The notes: a model not told the origin generated them from the sequence alone. A DNA stretch of 64,000 nt from Ilumatobacteraceae bacterium (GCA_040398525.1 JBBATY010000009.1:22416-86415); one strand, 5' to 3'; positions 36,250 to 45,357 are shown, counted from the first letter of the stretch. Program-made: numbers and translations.

Positions 36250-37145
36250 CGGTCGAGGACCCCCTGGATACCGTCGGCGATCAGGTTGATCGCCACGACG
36301 AGGGATGCAAGTGCGACGGCGGGGACCACACACGGCCACCAGACATCGCTCAGCAGTCCAGCCCGCTCTTCGAAGATCGTGCGACCCCAGTCGGGGGAGC
36401 CGGGCTGGGTGCCGAAACCGATGAAGGCCAGACCCGCCATGGTGAACACGGCGTAGCCGAGGCGAACGGTGAACTCCACCACGATCGGTCCCATGACGTT
36501 CGGCAGGATCTCGACGAACATGATGTAGCTCGACCGCTCACCACGCAGTTCGGCAGCACGAACGTAGTCGAGGTTGCGTTCGGCTTGGACTGCTGCACGA
36601 ATCGTTCGGGCGATGATCGGACCGAACAGCGCACCGATCAGAAGGATGATCGTGAAACGACCACTCGACAGAGCGGTGAGTGCGAGGAGTGCCACGAGGA
36701 TGAGCGGAAGGCTCATCAGCGCTTCGATGAACCGACTCAGGATGTCGTCGATCGGGCCGCGGAAGTAGCCCATCAACAACCCGAGCACGACACCGATGAT
36801 CGTGCCGAGCACGACTGCGGCAGGCGCGACGATCATGATCTCCCGCGCCCCGTAGATCGCCCTGCTGTAGACGTCGCGACCGAAGCGATCGGTGCCGAAC
36901 CAATAGCCCTCGTTGAAGAACGGACGGATCCACTTGCTGGTCGGGTCCTGCTTCGACGGGTCGTGCGTTGCGAAGAACCCCGGAGCGACTGCGCAGAGCA
37001 CCCAGAAGAGGAAGATCGCAACACCGACGAGGAACGTCCTCGAGCGCAGCAGCATGCGCCGCGTCTCTCGACGAATGCTCGAGGTCGCGACTCCTGTCGG
37101 AGCAGGCGAAACGGTCTCCGGAGCCGAAGCGGACAGGTCGCTCAT
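36246..37145 (-). CDS. ABC transporter permease (DppC/OppC-like)
   Basis: ATG at 37145 (MSDLSASAPETV...) overlaps the upstream stop (ATGA). It has FGTDRFGRDVYSRAI and YVRAAELRGERSSYIMFVEILPN. Confidence 0.9.
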   Translation of the reverse strand: MSDLSASAPETVSPAPTGVATSSIRRETRRMLLRSRTFLVGVAIFLFWVLCAVAPGFFATHDPSKQDPTSKWIRPFFNEGYWFGTDRFGRDVYSRAIYGAREIMIVAPAAVVLGTIIGVVLGLLMGYFRGPIDDILSRFIEALMSLPLILVALLALTALSSGRFTIILLIGALFGPIIARTIRAAVQAERNLDYVRAAELRGERSSYIMFVEILPNVMGPIVVEFTVRLGYAVFTMAGLAFIGFGTQPGSPDWGRTIFEERAGLLSDVWWPCVVPAVALASLVVAINLIADGIQGVLDR

Positions 37146-38089
37146 TGGACGTACCCGTACCTGATCCGCGGGTTGAGCCATGCGCTCAACACGTCGGCGA
37201 CGAGGTTCAAGAGCATCGCGATGGCCCCCACGATGAAGACCGAGGCCATGAGCATCGGGATGTCCCGATCGCTCGCAGCGTCGAAGATGAGCAGGCCGAG
37301 GCCTCGGTAGTTGAACAACGTCTCGGTGACGAGCAGGCCACCAAGGAGGTAGCTGATCTGCACCGCGATCACGGCGATCGTGGGCAGCAGCGCGTTGCGC
37401 AACACGTGTCGACGCAAGACCGTGCGCCGTGGCAGCCCCTTCAACGTTGCAGTCCTCGTGTAATCCGCAGCGAGCGCCTCGATCGTGCCGGCGCGGGCCA
37501 TCCGCGCGAGGTACCCGAACAGGATGGCGCTCAGGGTGACCGCCGGCAGGATGAGCACCTCGATCTGCTCCCACAACGAGCCCTTGGCAGACCCGCCTGG
37601 CGGAAGCCATCCGAGCTTCACGGCGAAGACGATGATCAGGACGATCCCGATCACGAACTCCGGGGTGACCGCGAGGCTGAGCCCCGTGATCGTGACCGCA
37701 CGGTCGGTGGCCTTCCCTTTGCGCAACGCAGCGAGAGCACCCCCGACGATGCCGAGCGGAACGACGATGAGCACCGTCATCGCCGCCAGCTTCATCGACG
37801 CCCAGAGCGCCTTCGGGATGAAGTCCATCACCGGCGCCTTGTACTTGTACGAGTTCCCGAAATCACCGGTCAGCACTCCGCCGAACCAGCGGAGGTACCG
37901 ACCGACCAGCGGTCCGTCGACCCCCAACTCGCGGTTGAGGTTGTCGACGGACTGCTGGTCGGCGAACGGCCCGAGGATCGCTCTACCGACGCTGCCGGGA
38001 AGCACCGCAGCAATGAAGAACACCACCACGCTCAACAAGAACAGCGTGATGAGCGCCAGACCAAGCCGGCGGAGCACGAAACGACCCAT
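37142..38089 (-). CDS. ABC transporter permease (DppB/OppB-like)
   Basis: 315 aa. It starts MGRFVLRRLGLALITLFLLSVVVFFIAAVLPGS and carries YTRTATLKGLPRRTVLRRHVLRNAL. Confidence 0.9.
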   Translation of the reverse strand: MGRFVLRRLGLALITLFLLSVVVFFIAAVLPGSVGRAILGPFADQQSVDNLNRELGVDGPLVGRYLRWFGGVLTGDFGNSYKYKAPVMDFIPKALWASMKLAAMTVLIVVPLGIVGGALAALRKGKATDRAVTITGLSLAVTPEFVIGIVLIIVFAVKLGWLPPGGSAKGSLWEQIEVLILPAVTLSAILFGYLARMARAGTIEALAADYTRTATLKGLPRRTVLRRHVLRNALLPTIAVIAVQISYLLGGLLVTETLFNYRGLGLLIFDAASDRDIPMLMASVFIVGAIAMLLNLVADVLSAWLNPRIRYGYVQ

Positions 38090-38112
38090 CGGTGACGATC
38101 ACCCAGCGGTGA

Positions 38113-39888
38113 TCAGGAGATGGTTGCGTTGTCGGTGAAGTAGTGGCCCATGCCGGTCGCCACCGCACCGGCGACATTGGCACGCGTCGCCGACAGGAAG
38201 TTGATGGCGAACGGGATGATCATCGGCACTTCGTCCTGCAGGACCGCGGTGATCTTCTCGCCGGCAGCTGCCTGGCTCTGCAGATCGGGCGACGACGAGT
38301 AGGTGTCGACCAGCGAGTCGAAGTCCGCATTGGCGAACTCCGCCGCGTTCCACACACCCGCGCCGTCCTCGACGCTCGTGAAGCTCTTGAGCGCTGCGTT
38401 GAGGTAGACGTCGGGAACGCCGCGGTGGCCGTAGTCGGTGATGCCGATGTCGCTGCCGGGAACGCTCGGGTCGTAGGTGCGGACCCAGTTCTTGTCGTAG
38501 TAGTCGTCGCGCAGCTCGATCGTCAGGTTGATGCCGATCTCCTTGGCGTTGTTCTGCAGGATGACCGCCAGGTCGGGCGCCTCGAAGTAGTTGATGCCGT
38601 AGAGCGTGGCATCGAAGCCGCCGCCGGCGTCGGCCACCAGCTGCTTGGCCTTCTCCACGTCGAACGGGGTCTCCGGGACGTTGCCTGCCGACGGGTACAT
38701 CGCGAACAGCGGCGAGTCGTAGGCGGTCGCCGCACGGCCGCCGAGCAGCGCCTCGATGATCGCCGCACGGTCGGTCGCAAGGGCCATGGCCTGGCGGATG
38801 CGCTTGTCGGCGAACGGGCCTTCCGAGCAGCGCATGTGGATCTGGCGATGGTTCGCCGACGCGATCTCGCTGATGATGTAGTCCGGGTTGTCGAACAGCG
38901 ACTCGGCGCCAGAGAAGTTGAACTGCGGGAGGGCGTCGATCTCGCCGGCCTGCAGCGCAGCGACGGCTGCAGCCTGATCGCTGAAGAAGGTGAACTCGAG
39001 CCCGGCCAGCTTCAGCGGGTTGCCCCAGTAGGCGGGGTTCGGCACGTAGACGATGCCGCTCACGGCATCGAAGCTCTTGATCGTCCACGGGCCCGTGGTG
39101 GCGATCTTGCCTGCGGCCACGTCGGCGGCGAAGTTCGACGTGTCGGTCACCGATGCCGGCAGGATGATCGCGTTGTAGTTGTCGCTCGAGACGATGTACG
39201 GGAAGTTGGCGAACGGGCCATTGAGCTTGAACACGACCGTGGCGTCGTCGAGCGCCGTCGTGCCACCCGGCGAGAGCTTGCCGGTGCTGAACGCGGAGAG
39301 TGCGTTGGAGTTGTTGTCCGGGTTGACCAGACGCTCCATCGTGGCCACGACATCGGCCGCCGTCACCGGCGCGCCATCGCTGAACTTGGCGTTCGGGTTG
39401 AGCTTGAACGTCCACTCCGAGGCATCTGCGTTCGCCGACCACTCGGCGGCGATCGAGGGGCTGAGCGTCAGGTCGGAGTTCGAGAGCGTGAGGAACTGGC
39501 CGACCTGGCTGAGCAGGATCAGGCCGGCACCGTCGTTGATCAGCACCGGGTCGAGCGTCGCCGAGGCTGCCGAGGGTGCGTAGTTGGCGCAGCGCAGCGT
39601 GCCACCGACGGTCGGAGCGGCCGTGGTCTCGGTCGGAGCAGCCGTCGTCTCCGTGCCGCCACCGCTGGTGGTCGCCGGCGCAGCGGTCGTGCCGGTCGAC
39701 TCCTCGTCACCGCCGCAGGCTGCGAGCAGCGCGCCGATGGTCGGCAGCGACATGCCGACCACGGTGCCTCGACGGATGAACGACCGGCGGGACAGGCGCC
39801 CGGCAAGGTACTCGTCGATGACGTGGTTGCTGATCTCTCCCTGCGAGCGACGAATTGCGTCGATGCGGCCCGAGGACTTGTTGTTCAC
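38113..39888 (-). CDS. ABC transporter substrate-binding protein, family 5, Tat signal plus lipobox; paralogue of 24368..26095
   Basis: The start is taken at GTG 39888, with GGGGG 5 nt upstream. TTG at 39900 is an alternative. It has SRRSFIRRGTVVGMSLPTIGALLAACGG, a TETTAAP repeat linker and AAEWSANADASEWTFKLNPNAKFSDG. Confidence 0.85.
   Translation of the reverse strand: MNNKSSGRIDAIRRSQGEISNHVIDEYLAGRLSRRSFIRRGTVVGMSLPTIGALLAACGGDEESTGTTAAPATTSGGGTETTAAPTETTAAPTVGGTLRCANYAPSAASATLDPVLINDGAGLILLSQVGQFLTLSNSDLTLSPSIAAEWSANADASEWTFKLNPNAKFSDGAPVTAADVVATMERLVNPDNNSNALSAFSTGKLSPGGTTALDDATVVFKLNGPFANFPYIVSSDNYNAIILPASVTDTSNFAADVAAGKIATTGPWTIKSFDAVSGIVYVPNPAYWGNPLKLAGLEFTFFSDQAAAVAALQAGEIDALPQFNFSGAESLFDNPDYIISEIASANHRQIHMRCSEGPFADKRIRQAMALATDRAAIIEALLGGRAATAYDSPLFAMYPSAGNVPETPFDVEKAKQLVADAGGGFDATLYGINYFEAPDLAVILQNNAKEIGINLTIELRDDYYDKNWVRTYDPSVPGSDIGITDYGHRGVPDVYLNAALKSFTSVEDGAGVWNAAEFANADFDSLVDTYSSSPDLQSQAAAGEKITAVLQDEVPMIIPFAINFLSATRANVAGAVATGMGHYFTDNATIS
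39610..39651 (-). repeat. Coding tandem repeat (2 x 21 nt, 19/21 identical) encoding ETTAAPT ETTAAPT in the SBP linker
   Basis: The + strand reads ggtcggagcggccgtggtctc followed by ggtcggagcagccgtcgtctc. Confidence 0.75.
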
Positions 39889-40022
39889 GTTGACCCCCAA
39901 AAATTGTCGAAACGGTTGTATCAGTATGGCACGCGCACGCGTCGTAGGGGAACAACCTCCGTTGCTGTGGTGCACGCCGGCTGCGGCGCTGCGTACATCG
40001 CCACCGACATAGGCTTACGAAC

Positions 40023-41186
40023 ATGGACCCGCAGCGGCGACGCGAGCTACACCTGCAACACGTGCGCGACGCGCTCACCCGGGCGGAAGCGGCCGGGTAC
40101 GACGAGGCGTGGGCGATGCCGAGCGCGTTCTACACCGAGCAGGCGGTGCTCGACCTCGAATGTCGGGAGCTGTTCGGCCGCGAATGGGTGTGCATCGGGC
40201 GCGCCGACGAGATCCCCGAGCCTGGCGACTTCATGACCTTCCAACTGTGCGACGAGCCGCTGGTCGCCGTGCGCTCAGCCGACCATGCAATCCGGGTGTT
40301 GTCGAACGTGTGCCGCCATCGCGGTGCGCTGGTCGCCGAGGGTCGCGGCACGGCGAGCCACCTGCAATGCCCGTACCACCACTGGACCTACGAGCTCGAC
40401 GGCACGCTGGCACGTGCGCCTCGGCTCGAGCAGCATCGCACCTTCGATCCCGCCCAGTGCTCGCTGCCGTCGTTCGCCACCGAGGATTGGATGGGCTTTC
40501 TGTTCGTCTCGCTCGCCGACGAACCCGCGCCACTGGCACCGCAGCTCAAGGGCATCGAGGATCTGGTGCGGCCCTATCACCTCGAACTCGCCACCACGCG
40601 CTTCGTCGCCGACGAGGTCTGGCCGACCAACTGGAAGTGCTTCGTCGAGAACTTCATGGAGGGCTACCACCTCACGCCACTGCACCGCACGACGCTGCAT
40701 CCGGTGAACCCCACCCGATTGTGCCGCCACTATCCGCCCGGCGACGCCTACTTCGGCTACCACGCCGGCTTCACGCCTGGCCTGCCGCGCCTCGAGCCCG
40801 GCCACCCCGACCTCACACCAGAGCAGGTCGACGACTGCATCATGTTCGCGGTCCCGCCCGGGCTGGTGGCCGGCTGCGCGTCCGACTACAGCTCATTCAT
40901 CTGCGTGCAGCCGGAGTCGGTCGACCGCGTGCGCCTGAAGCTGGGGTTGATGTTCTTCGGTGACCGATGGACCGAGGACGACATCGAGACAGCGGCACGG
41001 CTGTTCCAGGAGACCAATGCCGAGGATCGTGCGGTCCTCGAAGGGATCACCCGCGGCCATGCCTCAGGACGGCACAGCGCAGGTCCCCTCGCGCCCGCAG
41101 CGTTCGAGGGGACCCTGCACGACTTCTCCCGGTATCTCGCCCGCCGGTTGGCCGCGGCACTCGAGCAGGCTGTCCCGAACCACTGA
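40023..41186 (+). CDS. Rieske [2Fe-2S] non-haem iron oxygenase, alpha-subunit type (GbcA / Stc2 / CntA-like N-methyl amine demethylase family)
   Basis: 387 aa. The Rieske motif is CRHRG...CPYHHW and the mononuclear iron motif is NFMEGYHLTPLH. Confidence 0.8.
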   Translation: MDPQRRRELHLQHVRDALTRAEAAGYDEAWAMPSAFYTEQAVLDLECRELFGREWVCIGRADEIPEPGDFMTFQLCDEPLVAVRSADHAIRVLSNVCRHRGALVAEGRGTASHLQCPYHHWTYELDGTLARAPRLEQHRTFDPAQCSLPSFATEDWMGFLFVSLADEPAPLAPQLKGIEDLVRPYHLELATTRFVADEVWPTNWKCFVENFMEGYHLTPLHRTTLHPVNPTRLCRHYPPGDAYFGYHAGFTPGLPRLEPGHPDLTPEQVDDCIMFAVPPGLVAGCASDYSSFICVQPESVDRVRLKLGLMFFGDRWTEDDIETAARLFQETNAEDRAVLEGITRGHASGRHSAGPLAPAAFEGTLHDFSRYLARRLAAALEQAVPNH

Positions 41187-41209
41187 AGCGAGCGGCTCGG
41201 CGCCGACCA

Positions 41210-43669
41210 TCAGGCCCGCATGCGCAGGCCCTCGGGGTCGAGCACCGGCTCGTGCTGCAGCGTCGCCGGGCGGCGACGGCCCATGATCTCGATCTCGAAG
41301 CCCGATTCGGCCGTGGCGATCTCGGTGGGGACGTAGCCGAGGGCCAGCGACACCTGCGAGTAGTGGGCGTAGCCGCCACTGGTGATCCAGCCGACCACCT
41401 CGCCGTTGTGCCACACCGGCTCGTCACCGATCACGTCGGCTGGCGAATCCGGATCGACGTCGACACGGAACATCACCAGCTTGCGCTTCGGTCCACCTGC
41501 GGCGATCTCGGCCTCGACAGCCTCGCGTCCGATGAAGTCGTGGTCGAACTTCAGCGACCGGTCCATACCCGCCTCGAGCGGCGTGTAGATGGGCCGGTAC
41601 TCGCGGTACCAGGTACCGAAGTTCTTCTCGAGACGCATCGTGATGAGCGCACGGAAGCCGAACAGGCGCATGTCGAACTCCTGGCCGGCCTCCCAGATGA
41701 GATCGAACAGGTAGCGCTGGTACTCGGGCTCCATCCAGATCTCGTACCCGAGGTCGCCCGAGTACGTCATCCGGCTCAGCCACACGGGTGCCATGCCGAG
41801 GTTCACCTTGCGGAACGCCATGAACGGGAAGTCCTTCGTGGCGAGCGAGGTGTCGGTGATCTTCTGCAGCACGTCGCGCGAACGCGGGCCGGCCACGGTG
41901 AGCCCCACCATCGACAGACGGAGGTTCTCGAAGCGGATGGGGCTGCCCTCGGGCAGGTGCGAGAGGAACCAGCGCGGGTGGTGCACCTCGGCGGCCTGCG
42001 AGCCGAACAGGAAGAACTCGTCCTCGCCGATGCGGCTGACCGAGAACTCGCCCTCGATGCGGCCCTGTGGGTTGAGCATCGCGGTGAGGTTGGTGCGGCC
42101 GATCTTCGGCAGGCTGTTGGTGAACAAGCCCTGCAACCAGTCCGCGGCGCCGGGGCCGCTGACCTTGTACTTGGCGAAGTTCGAGGCCTCGCTGAACCCC
42201 ACCCGCTCGCGCACGGCGCGGCTCTCCTCGGCCACCACGTCGAACGCGTTCGAACGGAGGAACGTGATGTTCTCGTACGGCTCGAGGCCCGGCTTCTGGA
42301 ACCACAGCGGGTGCTCGAGCCCCATCGCTGCACCCCACACCGCATTGTGCGCGGTGAGGCGGTCGTAGATGGGCGTGGTGAGCAGCGGGCGGGCCGCGGG
42401 CAGTTCCTCGTTGGGGAACGTGATGCGGAAGCGCCGCGAGTAGTTCTCACGCACTTTCGAGTTGGTGTAGGCGAGGGTGGCGAAGTCGCCGTAGCGGGCC
42501 ACGTCCATGCCCCAGATGTCGGCACCCGGGTCGCCGTTCACCATCCACTCGGCGAGGCTGAGGCCCACGCCGCCGCCCTGCGACAGACCGGCCATCACGG
42601 CGCACGCCGACCACATGCCGCGCATGCCCTTGATCGGGCCCACCAACGGGTTTCCGTCGGGACTGAACGTGAACGGGCCGTTCACGAAGCGCTGGATGCC
42701 GGCGCGCCCCACAGCGGGGAAGTGCTCGAAGGCACGCTCGAGCTCGGGCGAGATTCGGTCGAGATCGTGGGGGAGCAACTGCGAGACGAAGTCCCACGGG
42801 GTCTGCTTGGCCGACCACACCCGGTTCTCCTGCTCGTAGGTGCCGAGCAGGATGCTCTGGCCCTCCTGGCGGGCGTAGATCTCGCCAGCGAAGTCGATCA
42901 TGTGCGGCAACTCGCGGCCGTGCGTCTGGTTGTACTCGATCACCTCTTGCATCGGCTCGGTCATCAGGTAGTGGTGCTCCATCGCCAGCACCGGCAGCTC
43001 GAGACCGCACATCCGGCCGACCTCACGGGCCCACAGGCCGCCGGCGTTGACGACATGCTCGGTGTGGATGACGCCCTTGTCGTCGCCGGTGCTCGGGTCG
43101 TAGCAATGGACGTCCCACGTGCCGTCGGCGCGCTGGGTGAGCTTGTTCACCCAAGTGTGCTGATAGGTCTCGGCCCCGCGGTTGCGGGCGCAGATGAGGT
43201 AGGCGTTGGTGACGCCGGTCGGGTCGACGCTGCCCTCGTCCTCGTCGTACATCGCACCGACGAAGAAGCGCTCCTCGAGCAACGGGTTCAGCTCCTTGGC
43301 CTCCTTCATCGACAGCATCTCGGTCTTCATGCCGAGGTAGCGACCTCGGGCATGGGCCATGCGCAGCCAGTCGAGGCGCTCGGGGGTGTCGGCCAGCTGC
43401 AGGCCACCGGGCAGGTGGATGCCACAGTTCTGGCCGCTCTCGGCCTCGATCTCGCGGTACAGGTTCACCGTGTACTGCTGGAGTCGAGCCACGTTGGGGT
43501 CGCCGTTCAGCGTGTGCATGCCGCCTGCGGCATGCCAGGTGCTGCCCGAGGTGTACGTCGCCTTCTCGACGAGGACGACATCGGACCAGCCGGCCTTGGT
43601 GAGGTGGTACAGCACACTGGCGCCGACCACACCTCCACCGATGACGACGACCTGGGTTGAGGTTTTCAT
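41210..43669 (-). CDS. FAD-dependent oxidoreductase fused to a GcvT domain (dimethylglycine dehydrogenase/oxidase family), paralogue 3, divergent subfamily
   Basis: ATG at 43669, with AGGAG 7 nt upstream. It reads MKTSTQVVVIGGGVVGASVLYHL...GSTWHAAGGMHTLNG...YSGDLGYEIW...RLEKNF. Confidence 0.9.
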   Translation of the reverse strand: MKTSTQVVVIGGGVVGASVLYHLTKAGWSDVVLVEKATYTSGSTWHAAGGMHTLNGDPNVARLQQYTVNLYREIEAESGQNCGIHLPGGLQLADTPERLDWLRMAHARGRYLGMKTEMLSMKEAKELNPLLEERFFVGAMYDEDEGSVDPTGVTNAYLICARNRGAETYQHTWVNKLTQRADGTWDVHCYDPSTGDDKGVIHTEHVVNAGGLWAREVGRMCGLELPVLAMEHHYLMTEPMQEVIEYNQTHGRELPHMIDFAGEIYARQEGQSILLGTYEQENRVWSAKQTPWDFVSQLLPHDLDRISPELERAFEHFPAVGRAGIQRFVNGPFTFSPDGNPLVGPIKGMRGMWSACAVMAGLSQGGGVGLSLAEWMVNGDPGADIWGMDVARYGDFATLAYTNSKVRENYSRRFRITFPNEELPAARPLLTTPIYDRLTAHNAVWGAAMGLEHPLWFQKPGLEPYENITFLRSNAFDVVAEESRAVRERVGFSEASNFAKYKVSGPGAADWLQGLFTNSLPKIGRTNLTAMLNPQGRIEGEFSVSRIGEDEFFLFGSQAAEVHHPRWFLSHLPEGSPIRFENLRLSMVGLTVAGPRSRDVLQKITDTSLATKDFPFMAFRKVNLGMAPVWLSRMTYSGDLGYEIWMEPEYQRYLFDLIWEAGQEFDMRLFGFRALITMRLEKNFGTWYREYRPIYTPLEAGMDRSLKFDHDFIGREAVEAEIAAGGPKRKLVMFRVDVDPDSPADVIGDEPVWHNGEVVGWITSGGYAHYSQVSLALGYVPTEIATAESGFEIEIMGRRRPATLQHEPVLDPEGLRMRA

Positions 43670-43712
43670 GCGGTACTCCTGGACTGAAGGTGGCTGAGCT
43701 GCCGGATTGAGT

Positions 43713-43739
43713 GATACGGGAACGAGCGATACGGGAACG
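43713..43739. repeat. Tandem direct repeat gatacgggaacg x2 (3-nt spacer) in the MttB-2 / DMGDH-3 intergenic region
   Basis: The 12-mers at 43713-43724 and 43728-43739 are identical. They lie directly after the MttB-2 stop (43741) and 44-70 nt upstream of the DMGDH-3 ATG. Confidence 0.6.
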
Positions 43740-43740
43740 G

Positions 43741-45357
43741 TCAGTAGTCGGTGGCGACGCCGCCCTCGGCGACGCGCCGAGCGACGAACTCGTCGAGCTC
43801 CTGGCGTCGGTCGGCGGGCATGATGGGCGCTTCGTAGGCTTCGAGGAACCTGGTGACGAGCTGCTTGGCCTTGCCGTCGGCGGTGGGCGAGCCGGCTTCC
43901 TCCCAGCTCTCGTAGTTGCGCCAGTCGCTGAGGAAGGGGCGGTAGAAGGCGTCGCGGAACCGGGCCTGGGTGTGGGCGGTGCCGAAGAAGTGGCCACCTG
44001 GGCCAACCTCTTCGATGGTGTCGATGGCCAGCGTGTCGGCGTCGACGATGACCGGCTCCATCATCTTGGTGACCATTTGCAGCAGGTCGGCGTCGAGCAG
44101 CATCTTCTCGAGGCTGGCGTGGAGGCCGCCCTCCATCCACCCGGCGCCGTGCATCATGAAGTTGACGCCACCCATGACCGCGCCCCACAGCGCGAAGACG
44201 CTCTCGTAGGCGGCCTGGGCGTCGAGCGCGTTCGCAGCGCACACGTTCGAGCTGCGGTAGGGGATGCCGTAGCGACGAGCGAGTTGGCCACCGATGATTG
44301 CGGTGCGCACGTACTCGGGGGTGCCGAAGGCCGGTGCGCCGCTCTGCATGTCGACGTTCGAGGTGAACCCGCCGTACATGGCTGGGGCGCCGGGGTTGAC
44401 GATCTGCAAGAAGGCGATTCCTGCGAGCGCTTCGGCGTTCTGCTGGGCCAGAGCACCGGCCAGTGTGATGGGAGCCATCGCCCCGGCCAGCGTGAAAGGG
44501 GTGACCACGACGGGCTGGTTGTGGAGTGCGAACTCGATCATCCCCTGAGCCATCGGGATGTCGAGGCGCAGCGGCGAGTTGGTGTTCACCACGGTGATGA
44601 GCGACGGCTCACGGTCGATGGTGGCCTGATCGACCCCACGGGCGATGCGCACCATCTCGATGCAGTCGATGTTGCGTTGGCGACCGAGGCTGTAGCAGTA
44701 CATCCCCTTGTCGGTCATCGTCAGGATGTCGTGCGACGCCTCGAGGTGGCGCACCGAGTGGTGGATGTCGATCGGCTCGACCGGATAGCCCGGCACGTAG
44801 TGGATGACGTTCAGCATCTGGGCCAGCTTCAGCAGGTCGCGGAAGCCTTCGCGGTCACCGGTGCGGCGAACGCCGTTGCGGTCGATGTAGTGCGGGGTGC
44901 TCGCCACGGTGCCGAAGGTGAGCCAGCGACCACCGATGCGCACGTTGTGATCCGGGTTCCAACTGTGCAGCGTGTACTCGCTGGGCGCAGTGGTGATGGC
45001 CGACTCGATCAGCTCGCGGGGGAACCGCACCCGATGGTTGCTCTCGTCGACGTCGGCGCCGGCCGCCTTCATGATGCTGCGCGACTCGGGGCACATGAAC
45101 TCCATGCCGATGCGCTCGAGGATGACCAGCGAGGCTTCGTGGATCGACTCCAGCTCGTCGGCCGACACGACCTCGGTGTGGTTGAGGCGCATCTGCGGCT
45201 GCTTGAAGGGCAGCTGCTCGGGGAGCCGCGGCCCGGCACCCGCGCCGCGATCTCGGCCACGACGTCGCGGCGCAGCGCCCGGGTCGCTCGGGGGGACGGA
45301 TCCGGCGTCGATCTGCGGCTCGTTCACGGTGCGCGACACTACACCGGCCGACATCAT
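43741..45357 (-). CDS. MttB-superfamily methyltransferase, non-pyrrolysine, paralogue 2
   Basis: 538 aa. It has NTNSPLRLD, VVTPFTLAGAMAPITLAGAL, GAPAFGTPEY, GAGWMEGGL and GPGGHFFG. The N-terminal tail is Arg/Gly-rich. There is no in-frame stop. Confidence 0.85.
   Translation of the reverse strand: MMSAGVVSRTVNEPQIDAGSVPPSDPGAAPRRRGRDRGAGAGPRLPEQLPFKQPQMRLNHTEVVSADELESIHEASLVILERIGMEFMCPESRSIMKAAGADVDESNHRVRFPRELIESAITTAPSEYTLHSWNPDHNVRIGGRWLTFGTVASTPHYIDRNGVRRTGDREGFRDLLKLAQMLNVIHYVPGYPVEPIDIHHSVRHLEASHDILTMTDKGMYCYSLGRQRNIDCIEMVRIARGVDQATIDREPSLITVVNTNSPLRLDIPMAQGMIEFALHNQPVVVTPFTLAGAMAPITLAGALAQQNAEALAGIAFLQIVNPGAPAMYGGFTSNVDMQSGAPAFGTPEYVRTAIIGGQLARRYGIPYRSSNVCAANALDAQAAYESVFALWGAVMGGVNFMMHGAGWMEGGLHASLEKMLLDADLLQMVTKMMEPVIVDADTLAIDTIEEVGPGGHFFGTAHTQARFRDAFYRPFLSDWRNYESWEEAGSPTADGKAKQLVTRFLEAYEAPIMPADRRQELDEFVARRVAEGGVATDY

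Noticed and set aside
39889-40022. Shared 8-mer ACGGTTGT in two divergent promoter regions (39911-39918 and 45365-45372), and TTGTCG/TTGACA-like boxes
   Set aside because: An 8-mer is expected to recur by chance a couple of times in 128 kb of two-strand sequence. The spacing of the -35/-10-like boxes did not give a convincing promoter.
41187-41209. Terminator between the convergent Rieske oxygenase and DMGDH-3 genes (also in the 14-nt gap at 49611-49624)
   Set aside because: Only a 5-bp stem with a 1-nt loop could be drawn, which is not a credible hairpin. The gaps are too short.
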